A DNA stretch of 63,464 bases, filler included, from Octopus bimaculoides (lineage: Eukaryota): NCBI RefSeq assembly GCF_001194135.2. It is 5 parts of 5 records of this genome, joined end to end, with 100 filler letters (N's around TTAATTAATTAA, not from the genome) between each part and the next. Parts side by side here need not be neighbours in the genome. Positions count along the whole stretch, not along the records: positions 1 to 23,562 come from NC_068988.1; 4 more parts are not named here. One strand, given 5' to 3'. The notes under the pieces are model-generated. The model worked only from the letters and a program-made list of their open reading frames with translations, ran no database searches and was not told where the DNA came from. Each line of letters begins with the position of its first letter. Position 1 is the first letter of the stretch. This document shows, one piece after another, positions 1 through 10,298 of the stretch. The position numbers and the translations under genes are program-made.

Positions 1-42
1 CATGCAGTTACTGTTAATACTTCATTTAGAGAATTAACATTG

Positions 43-45
<3 letters not shown>

Positions 46-78
<33 letters not shown>
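46..78. repeat. (AT)n microsatellite
   Basis: Pure TA dinucleotide run. Confidence 0.95.
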
Positions 79-80
<2 letters not shown>

Positions 81-299
81 CAAATGAATAATAACATACG
101 ATGGATAACTGTCAGCTCATTGCAGCCGTTTCTTGCATAACTTTTTAAGAGAAGAATGAAAACATTACATCATTACAAAAGACCATAATCATCAGGTAAG
201 TAATTTTACAAAGCAAAAGAACACCCCCAAAAACAGCAGGGATGTGGCTAGATCGAGACCAACTACGAAATGGAAGAATGATCAACTATGTTGGCCATT

Positions 300-1010
300 T
301 AGATTAAGAATATAGTTCTTGAAAGTGTGTAATATATCTAAGGCCAGTGAGCTGGGTGAGAATGAATGACTTGTGAAAACCATAAGAGCCAAGCCATGTA
401 CAGGAGTGTTGTCAATAGGGTGAAAGTTATACATGAGTACAATGAACAGAGTATAAGTAGGTGCTCACCAGACCTCAAAGCTCAGTCCCTTCATATTCAT
501 CGTTGATCTCCAGGCCTTAAAGAAATTTAAGATTGCCTACCCCTAGGAACTACTGTATGCTGACGACCTCGTTCTCAGTGGAATTTGTAGTAGAATTAGA
601 AAATTCTAGGTGTAGATGCAAAACCTGGAATCAAGGGATCTTAAAAGTTAACTTAGCAAAGACCAAAGTTATAGTAAACAAGAGAGCAGATAGAATTCTT
701 GTCAGGCCTAGCTTAATATGTAAGAAAGGTGTAAGCAGAAATTCCATAGAGTGTACTTGGTGCAAGCTATGGATACACAAAGGGTGCAGAAGAATCACAA
801 GAAAGTTTAGAGAAAGTAGTGTTTGTATGTGAAAGATGCAAAGAACAATGAGCACTAGGGATACACAGGAAACTGATTTTCTCAAATGCTCTGGAGCTCC
901 CTAGATGTAGTAGTTTCTGTTACCTAATGGACCTAATTAGCAGTGGAGGAGGATGTTCTGAAAGTATAGTTGCTAGAATAAAAATAGGATGGAGAAAGTT
1001 TGAAGTGCTA
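300..1010 (+). mobile_element. Degenerate RTE-clade LINE fragment (RT motifs and Cys/His-rich C-terminal region)
   Basis: Translates to VGAHQTSKLSPFIFI (GVHQG-like motif), LYADDL at 555-572, KVNLAKTK, CKKGVSRNSIECTWCKLWIHKGC and SSGGGCSESIVARI. Frameshifts are present. It is collinear with the copy at 16369-17137. Confidence 0.9.
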
Positions 1011-1467
1011 TTACTGCTGTCATTCTTCACTTCAACACAAGACACTGGCAATCAGCAATCCTTCAGTTCAGAATATTCAATATTTCTTCACATGAGTTCC
1101 CTACACACAAGGAAATAAAGGTTTTGAAATGAAATGCGTTTCAGTGGGAGGAAATACTTTCCATTGGAGAGTGCCATTACAAAATATTTTATCAAGCATC
1201 TACCAAAAGTGAAGCAGTGAAAAAACATCTATAAAAATATCCTGGAAAAAATTCAGTTGTTTGCAATGCTGAAAAGAATATTTTTAATTGAAGTAAAATT
1301 TTTCTAACTGAAACAAGATACTGCTATTTTTTTTTAATATATTTAAAAAAATATTTTTGCGTTCTTATCCCATTTTTTCGTGTTCCTTTTTATATACATA
1401 TGGCGAGATATATATATATATATATACATACACACACACACACATGCTTTTACACATATGTATATGC

Positions 1468-2273
1468 TGGTGGCACGTTAGAAAATCATTCGAGCGAGGT
1501 CGTTGCCAGTGCTGCTGGATGCCCTTCCTAATGCCAACCACTCCGAGAGTGTAGTGGGTGCATTTTACATGCCATCAGCACAAGGGTCAGTCAGGCAGTT
1601 CTGGCAACAACCAAGCTCAAAAGGTGTTTTTATGTGCTACCTGCAGGGAGCCAATCCGGTGGCACTGGCAATGACCACGCTCGAATGCTGCTTTTCACAT
1701 GCCGGTAAGGCGATGCTGGTAATGATCGTGCTCGAATGGTGCTTTTCATGTATCACCGGCACAGGAGCCAATCCGTGGCCTTGGCAACGATCACTCTTGG
1801 ATGTGCTTTTAACGTTCCGCTGGCACGAGTGCCAATCAGGCAGCACTGTCATCGGCCACTTCAACGATTTTGGTTTGTTTACACTTGCCACAATAGGTCT
1901 TTGCAAGCAAAGTTCATTGTCCAATGGATGAGGGGTACTCGTAAGTGGGCTGGTTACATTCCACGTTCAGATGTGCTTTTAACGTTCCACAGGCAAGATT
2001 GTCAATCAGGCAGTACTTTTGTCGGCCACGTCAGCAATTTTGATTTCATTTGCTTCAATAGGTCTTCACAAGCAAGGTTTATCGTCCAATGAGGGGTATT
2101 CATAAATGGGCTGGTTACACCCACTGGCATAGGCCACGGGTGATGGTCTCACTTGACTTGTCGGGTCTTCTCAAGCACAGCATATCTCCAAAGTCGCGGT
2201 CACTAGTCATTGCCTCGGTAACGCCCAGTGTTCGAAGGTTGTGCTTCACCACCTCATCCCAGGTTTTCCTGCG
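1468..2273 (-). mobile_element. 5'-truncated RTE LINE 3' end (ORF C-terminus and 3'UTR with ~60-bp tandem units)
   Basis: The minus strand reads RKTWDEVVKHNLRTLGVTEAMTSD. The 3'UTR matches 17750-17975 in reverse (ctggatgcccttcc...ccactccgagagtgtagtgggtgc). A short plus-strand unit at 1468-1512 abuts it. Confidence 0.85.
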
Positions 2274-2354
2274 TCCAATCAATATTATATACATTTTCTA
2301 AGTAGGGTAATAATCATAAACAATTTATTCAGTAATAAAAGTATAAAATTTTCT

Positions 2355-2385
2355 TCTATAATAAAAGCAAAATTCTGTCTGTCTG
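2355..2385 (+). mobile_element. Possible Helitron-like 5' terminus
   Basis: TCTATAATAAAAGCAAAATTCTGTCTGTCTG resembles the TC-start/(CTGT)n 5' ends of invertebrate non-autonomous Helitrons. The 3' end was not confidently located. Confidence 0.3.
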
Positions 2386-3369
2386 GGACCCCTGTATCTC
2401 AGTCTACATAGACATATGCTTTTTTTGGAATCAGGATGATGGTGGGATTGAAAATCTGCCCTTCATTTGGTTCTTGGACATCTAGCATTGGGATCTGATT
2501 TAAAAGCATTTGGGTTACTATTTCTAGCAGGTAAAGCTTGGCTGATTCACGCCAACTTCATTGGCGTATGTCACATGACATTAGAGATCAAGGGGGAGAT
2601 AAATGACATTAGCTTCGTTAATTTTACGTCGAGATAAGAACTTTGGGACAAATTGGCCAACAGTTGGAATTCAACTTAGAATAATTGCATTACAAAATTT
2701 ACTCTCATCCATCCTTAACCTCTGATCAAACACCACCGGAGCATATAGTCCTAGTCGTATTACAGTCATGCTATTAGCTCCGTTTAGTTTTGGGCTGCAG
2801 GCCCAATTAACCTTCCGCAGGAGCTCGCTTAAAAGTCTGCACGGAGTACGGTTTTTAAGATAGTTTTGAATAGAAAATTAATTTTACCAACGCAATCGCA
2901 GTCTATGTATCTCTACAAAATTTCATTAATTTTCTTTTTGCATGAAGCTAAGTCTAGGTGAGGCAGTAAACTGTAGTTATGCCAGAATGCGAGTCCTTGC
3001 CTTTACAACTAGAATTATTGTAATCCCATTACCTTTTATCTGGAATATAACACGTATGTATATGGTACATATATAATACAAAACCACACTAAAAACATAA
3101 ATCCAAAGCCAGGAGAAAAAAAATAGAAAAAGAAGAACAATTGTGGAAAATGGGGAAAAATACCCATCAATTCAACTTCAAATACCACAAATGGTCGCAC
3201 ACTAATGGCATTACCACGGGCAATGGAGAAGCCAATCACCCTCACGGACACCACCTGACAACTATTCGCTGTTAGTGACCCAGTCCCCCTCCAAACGGCA
3301 CAAAAGCCACAGGCTGAAAGAAATAGTGGTAGAGTTTTACCAATTGAGTTGGTCAAAAGTTACCAAAAT

Positions 3370-3660
3370 AGTTCAGTAGACTGCAGCCATGCTGGAGTAC
3401 TACCTTGCCATGTATTTTACCGAAACGCTAAGTTACGGGGATGTAAACTGACACCATTGTCAAGCAGTGGTGTTGGGACAAATGGGTTTTTTTTCAGTTT
3501 CCGTCTACCAAATCCACTTGCAAGAAATTGGTTGACTCAGCTATAGTAAAAAGCAATGAACCCAAAGGCTTCTTATAAACAACAAACAGAACCACCACGC
3601 AATGAGACTGAACCCAGTGACATGTAGTTGGGAAGCAAACATCTTCCCACACAGCCATCA
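3370..3660 (-). mobile_element. tRNA-derived SINE family A, degraded copy
   Basis: Similar to 60505-60910 (cagtttccgtctaccaaatccact, actgaaccc, tagttgggaagcaa). Confidence 0.75.
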
Positions 3661-4610
3661 TGCTAGCTCCACACGAGGGGCATATTTTTGGGGTATTTAA
3701 AAGTCCATGTCTCTTAAGCCAATTAATACTATTTTCTGTTGTAGCGGTGGCGATGGCAATATCGCGGTGATTAATTCCAACTTTGGATTACGCGTGGTGG
3801 TGGTGGTCATTGGTGGTGCTGATTGCTGTATGTGATTTGTTTTTAAAAACAATAATGAATTATGCATAAATATATTTATTTATAAAGTTTAAACTGAATT
3901 TCATTTGTTTAAATTCTACGAGGGAGAGACAGACAGACAGATAGCTAGCTCCGGCCAAGTCAGTAGCCAAAGAAACAGATTTCAACTCAAACCAGCAGTA
4001 ACATTCCTTGTTTGGATTTTTCTACTTTCATTTCTGACAGCTAATACCATGACAGTGCCTATCAGACTTCAAAAATGTAAGTCGACGTGGTGCCCCAGCA
4101 TAGCCGCAGTCCAACAAGTAAAACAAAAGAATATTCACATTTAACAGTGGTTTTTCGCGATATAAATATTATCTAAAATTATTTACCGGCGGAATTCTGC
4201 TTTACGCATGTCATATAACCCCGAATAACATTATTGTTTTTAATTTTCAGAAACTTTTTGTGAATTTGTATTCTACGCACGGGAATTCACACAACTAAGA
4301 AAAAAAGTTTTAAAAAGTTTTCAAAATTAATAAAATTTTGGTTAAATTTTCGAATATTTTTTTTAAGCGCAGTCTAAAATACGGATAGTCCGAATTTTTA
4401 ACTTAAATCCCAGCAAAAGACCATTAAATGTGTCAACGAGGAGAAAAATGGGTAATTATTCCACCACATCGTACTTCGTTTTGGGGACCCCCAAAAGGGT
4501 TTTGCAGCATATTAGGATGTCACAGGAATTCATTCAACGAAAAAAGAAAAAATTACCGAAAAATGTTGAGTAACATCAATAGATCAGACTGTTAAACAAA
4601 TGAGGAGTGT

Positions 4611-4960
4611 ATTTACCTGCAGTATGTTTCAATGAATGAAAAGGTGAAAGTCTTCCATTCTGCTTGGACAGCAAGCTGCGTTTAGGTGTTGGGAAGATGC
4701 CAAAAGACAACGTATTCCCACAGAATTATGGTAACGGAATGAATGACAAAGAAGTTTTAAAAGACGCTGGCAGTATAAGAAACTGACCGCAGTGAATGTG
4801 TATATGTATGTATATATATATATATATCTACCCGATATATGCAAGATAATACACGCTTTAGAGTGAACGTCCGGTAACGCATGAACAATGACCTCCTTTT
4901 TGATTGGTCCTGTCCGGAGAGAAGTCTCCATGACCGGAGTATAGTTTGTGCGCATGCGTC
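4611..4960 (-). promoter_or_regulatory. Candidate promoter and non-coding first exon of a leftward gene
   Basis: Locally CpG-enriched, with an NRF1-type TGCGCATGCG at 4949-4958 and a minus-strand donor CAG|GTAAAT at 4617/4616. Confidence 0.35.
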
Positions 4961-5364
4961 AAAGCAAAGTTGTAGTGGTGGAGGGGGAGTGTTAATTTTT
5001 TTTAAATTTCTACTTTGCAAATAGTGTTTGTTCAAACGTATCTGCAACCAGCTAGGCTATTTGTGTGTGATATAAGCCATTCAAAATTTTTGGCGGAATT
5101 CTGATTTAAGCATCCCATATAAACCCTCCTTGTAACTTATTTTATTTTCGAAATTTTCAGAAAATTCTTGCGAATTTATGTTCTACACACAGGAATTCAT
5201 ACGACTATGCAAGAAAAAAAAAAAAGAGAAAAATTGTATTGAAAAGGTTGCAAGACGCATCGAAAATTTTAGGAAAATAAAAATAAGTGGAAATTTTACC
5301 GGTGAGTGTGTTAAATAATAAGGCACAAAAAGAAAATAACTCTCTCAAGACATAACATATATAT

Positions 5365-5512
5365 ATATATATCCCACCACCGCTTGACTACCGGTGTTGG
5401 TGTTTACGTTCCTGTAACTTAAGTCCTGTAGAATAAGTACTAAGCTTAAAATTTAAAATGAATCCAGGGGCCAATTCGTTCGGCTAAAATTCTTTATGGC
5501 GGTGCCCCAGTA
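5365..5512 (+). mobile_element. SINE family A 3' half
   Basis: ggtgttggtgtttacgttcctgtaacttaag...agaataagtactaagctt...ggcggtgccccag matches the family A tail. Confidence 0.7.
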
Positions 5513-6083
5513 TTACTTAAATACCATACATTTTGATATGACTTATGTATGAACAATTCGGTANNNNNNNNNNNNNNNNNNNNNNNNNNNNNNNNNNNNN
5601 NNNNNNNNNNNNNNNNNNNNNNNNNNNNNNNNNNNNNNNNNNNNNNNNNNNNNNNNNNNNNNNNNNNNNNNNNNNNNNNNNNNNNNNNNNNNNNNNNNNN
5701 NNNNNNNNNNNNNNNNNNNNNNNNNNNNNNNNNNNNNNNNNNNNNNNNNNNNNNNNNNNNNNNNNNNNNNNNNNNNNNNNNNNNNNNNNNNNNNNNNNNN
5801 NNNNNNNNNNNNNNNNNNNNNNNNNNNNNNNNNNNNNNNNNNNNNNNNNNNNNNNNNNNNNNNNNNNNNNNNNNNNNNNNNNNNNNNNNNNNNNNNNNNN
5901 NNNNNNNNNNNNNNNNNNNNNNNNNNNNNNNNNNNNNNNNNNNNNNNNNNNNNNNNNNNNNNNNNNNNNNNNNNNNATATATGCTGCCTCGGCATAGCGA
6001 CTTTTGGCTGAAGCGTATAAGAAAATACGCACGCAAATCTATTCCCGTCTGCTTCCTGTCACCTTTAATTTCATTTGCTTTCC

Positions 6084-6096
6084 ACTTCCGCCATTT
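6084..6096 (-). promoter_or_regulatory. ETS/YY1 composite motif (AAATGGCGGAAGT)
   Basis: The plus strand reads ACTTCCGCCATTT, in a CpG-containing patch at 5990-6100. Confidence 0.35.
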
Positions 6097-6689
6097 CTTC
6101 ACTGTATTTTTATTTTCATATAAATTGTGTATCCTACCCCAAGATTTCCATTTTACCTCTTCTCGTTACAACTTATTTGCACCTTCAAGAACTTTCTCTC
6201 CATAATATTTACACAGCTAACCGTACTGCAAGATGGAAATACTAAAACGAAAGACTATTAATGAACCATAACTAATGACGGTAAATAACTTTGAACGAAT
6301 TTAACAAAAATGTGTATTAAATGTGGATTGTTGTGTGATTTTCAGCTGGAGTTACAACAAGACCTTAATATATATGAACGATAATCTCCTGCATAAAAGC
6401 ATATTTTATCACCAATACCAAATTTGATCAGTGCTTCCCGCCAATTATGCAACATGAAATCAATTCATTTTTGACAAACTAATAATGATTAAGGTTATTG
6501 TATATGCTTTATATATATCATGGCTATATTTGCTATGATAATTTAATATCACACGCTTTTAATTAAATACCATACATTCTGCTGTGAGTTATGTATAAAT
6601 AGTTCGGTGATGGAAGCATGAATGAAAATTACATCTGTATGGTATTTAATTAATGGGCGAAGTGAAAATGTGAAGACCGAAGATTAAGA

Positions 6690-7701
6690 GGTGGACATTG
6701 GAATTAGACACTGAGGGAAAATGGCTGTAACATTTTTATTGTTTAATTTTGGCGATTTTCGTTTTCGATAATGTGTTCTATATGTCACGGTCATGCGATT
6801 CCCCCTAAAAAAAATTTTGGACCCCCACCCCTACACCCCCCACTTGATATGCTAGAAATAACAGCTAAACGCGGACAATCCAAATCTTGCATTGGTCCAG
6901 ATGGACTATATGTAATCTGAACCTTTCCCCCCCTTATTTATTTTTTTACGGCATCCCACGTTTTAGGCGATGGAGATTCCGATTCTGAAAAAAAAATTGT
7001 TTGAAAAATTTCAATTCCCCCTTCACCAAGCAGGCTATTTACATGCTAGAAATAACAGCNNNNNNNNNNNNNNNNNNNNNNNNNNNNNNNNNNNNNNNNN
7101 NNNNNNNNNNNNNNNNNNNNNNNNNNNNNNNNNNNNNNNNNNNNNNNNNNNNNNNNNNNNNNNNNNNNNNNNNNNNNNNNNNNNNNNNNNNNNNNNNNNN
7201 NNNNNNNNNNNNNNNNNNNNNNNNNNNNNNNNNNNNNNNNNNNNNNNNNNNNNNNNNNNNNNNNNNNNNNNNNNNNNNNNNNNNNNNNNNNNNNNNNNNN
7301 NNNNNNNNNNNNNNNNNNNNNNNNNNNNNNNNNNNNNNNNNNNNNNNNNNNNNNNNNNNNNNNNNNNNNNNNNNNNNNNNNNNNNNNNNNNNNNNNNNNN
7401 NNNNNNNNNNNNNNNNNNNNNNNNNNNNNNNNNNNNNNNNNNNNNNNNNNNNNNNNNNNNNNNNNNNNNNNNNNNNNNNNNNNNNNNNNNNNNNNNNNNN
7501 NNNNNNNNNNNNNNNNNNNNNNNNNNNNNNNNNNNNNNNNNNNNNNNNNNNNNNNNNNNNNNNNNNNNNNNNNNNNNNNNNNNNNNNNNNNNNNNNATGA
7601 CCGTGACATATAGAACACATTATCGAAAACGAAAATCGTCAAAATTAAAAAATTAAAAAGTTACAGCCATTTTCCCTCAGTGTCTAATTCCAATGTCCAC
7701 C
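6690..7701. mobile_element. Non-autonomous DNA transposon (MITE) with TIRs of at least 105 bp and an 8-bp TSD
   Basis: 6690-6794 is the reverse complement of 7597-7701 with few mismatches. GATTAAGA is duplicated at 6682-6689 and 7702-7709. The termini are GGTGGAC...GTCCACC and the interior is partly N. Confidence 0.92.
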
Positions 7702-8390
7702 GATTAAGAATATTGTTTCACTCTAGGTCAACCCAGATCGAGCAAATAGATCTGTCATCGAAGGTGTTCCAGCTGTAACTATTACGTTTTCTTTATTTTT
7801 TAGATTACACCATTCTCGAACCATTCTCTGCTTTATCGGCTAAACAACTTAACCTATAGAACTACGGCCCACGAGATTTTTCTGAATGGTACACCTAACA
7901 AAAAGTTGGCATGTTGATGAGCCATGTCCCATGCAACCCGCTTCTTGATAACGGTTACCCAAATTGACAAACGGAAAGTTATACTTTTTTGTTTCTGTAC
8001 CCCATGAAAGTGAAAATATTTACCTTGTTAAAGGTATTTCCTTGCAAAAGAAAGTCCAATAGAGTGCCGGCTAGCTACTACAAAACATGCAGTGTAACGT
8101 TGTCATTGGAATCCAAACCATCACATTCTAAAAGTGTATCCAATGTAAGTGAATAATTAAGAACATATATTAGATACAATCACTGGCGGAGTTTCGGATC
8201 AGGACACCCACATATGTTGGACTTACTCCGTTTTCAGAGGGATTTTCCCAATTTCTTTTTTTTTTTTTTCACCCGCCTCCTTTTCTGGTCCGATTTTGGC
8301 CAATATTTTATTTTTTTTTACATCACGCACTAAAAAACGATGGGAGAAACTTTTTCATAAAAAAAAAAAATGCCGAAAATATTTTTAGAC

Positions 8391-9945
8391 GAAGAGGTAT
8401 GATGATTTAAGGAGGATTTAACTGTTGTTTCTTGCACGTCCAATGACCACTTGCCTTCCTCATTTCTTTGTCACTCTGACATGTATTGATGTATTTCAAT
8501 CAATATTCTTGTCCCCATAAATACATTTTATGGAATAATGATGCTGATGGGTTTGTTTAGTCCCAGGGAGGTATACTGCNNNNNNNNNNNNNNNNNNNNN
8601 NNNNNNNNNNNNNNNNNNNNNNNNNNNNNNNNNNNNNNNNNNNNNNNNNNNNNNNNNNNNNNNNNNNNNNNNNNNNNNNNNNNNNNNNNNNNNNNNNNNN
8701 NNNNNNNNNNNNNNNNNNNNNNNNNNNNNNNNNNNNNNNNNNNNNNNNNNNNNNNNNNNNNNNNNNNNNNNNNNNNNNNNNNNNNNNNNNNNNNNNNNNN
8801 NNNNNNNNNNNNNNNNNNNNNNNNNNNNNNNNNNNNNNNNNNNNNNNNNNNNNNNNNNNNNNNNNNNNNNNNNNNNNNNNNNNNNNNNNNNNNNNNNNNN
8901 NNNNNNNNNNNNNNNNNNNNNNNNNNNNNNNNNNNNNNNNNNNNNNNNNNNNNNNNNNNNNNNNNNNTTTTTTTTTTTTTTTTTTTTACTGAAACAGCTC
9001 ATTTTCAAGTGCATAGTGCAAAAAAAAAAAAGTTACAAAATTTTCCAAAATGTTTTTTCATAAAGGTATGGGTGGTGGGGAATGAAAATGTCTCCATCAA
9101 AGCTGAGAAAATCCAACTTATGTGGGTGTCCTAATCTGAAACTCTGCCCAATCACTTTTCTGCAGAATTATGTATGGCCTTCATCATATTTGATGTTTTT
9201 TATCCTGATGGGTCTTGGAAATGAAGCGCCATAAAAGTGACTGGCAAAGTTTTATTGTATTGATAGTTATTTTACAATACTAGCTATGACTGTTTCACAG
9301 AAAAAGGAAAGGCCACAGAATTGTGAAGCAAAATGTTAAAAATTGAATCTTTTGAGTGGGGAAAAATAATTCAGAATTGTAATGAAATACAGGAAATGCT
9401 AAAAATTATGAAGGAAAAACCAATGCAAAAGATGGTCAACTTTTTCCATATTGCATATTACTCTGTAAAGTTGTTGATGTACATAGTCAAGTATTCATTT
9501 AAGAACACTAAAACACCTGTCTTCATTTATAGTTCATTAATATGATTACAGTTTCATAATATGTAATTACAATTTTCTGTATATTTAATAAAATTTCTTT
9601 AACATGGCCTTATTAGATTATTATTAATCTTCAAATAACTCCTGCACTCGACCAGTTAGATTCATTGTTCTTTAAACTTTGTCATAATTTCTGTCAGCCT
9701 ACTCCCTCGCTTTCAACATGCGTGCATTATTAAAATGATGATTTAAAGTGCTTCAACAATTTAGCATCTATTTTCAGCATATTTTCAGCATATAGCCATG
9801 GTACCCTCTGTATTTTGTACTATAATAAATCTCTATATATGAATTCACCTTAATAGGTCTATTTTATATGCTGGTCACTAATAAAATTTTTAACAATTTT
9901 ATCTTTTATTATTATATTTGACTATACTCTTTTTATATATTTCAG
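8391..9945 (+). promoter_or_regulatory. Candidate 5'UTR intron of the ZNF gene
   Basis: Donor GAG|GTATGA at 8396/8397 follows a CpG-containing patch (8180-8390). A pyrimidine-rich acceptor ...ttttatatatttcAG lies at 9944-9945, 353 nt before the ZNF ATG. Confidence 0.4.
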
Positions 9946-10298
9946 GATATCTGATGTTATCGAGATGGCATATTGAAAACTAAAGAATGACATTAGCAAG
10001 GATACAAGGGATCTTGCTTGTTTGTATAACTTAAGTTCTATCACTGAAGTATTTCTTGTGAATTGAGTAATTTCCAATATTGACTGCACCTGTATAACTT
10101 CTGTATTATTTCTGTGATAATGTCAAGATTAAGTTGAAGAAGAAAAAAACAATTCCTTACAGCTGAGACCTCTTTGGAATCTCACAAAATTTACAACTGA
10201 AGAAAATATGCACTTTGTGGATAATATTTAAAGAAATATTTCTGTGAAAATCCAAGAAGAATTGTAGCTTTTCTATTTTGTGAACAAAATTTTATATT

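Noticed and set aside
5494-6205. Long ORFs containing X runs, here and at every gap
   Set aside because: They come from translating through N gaps.
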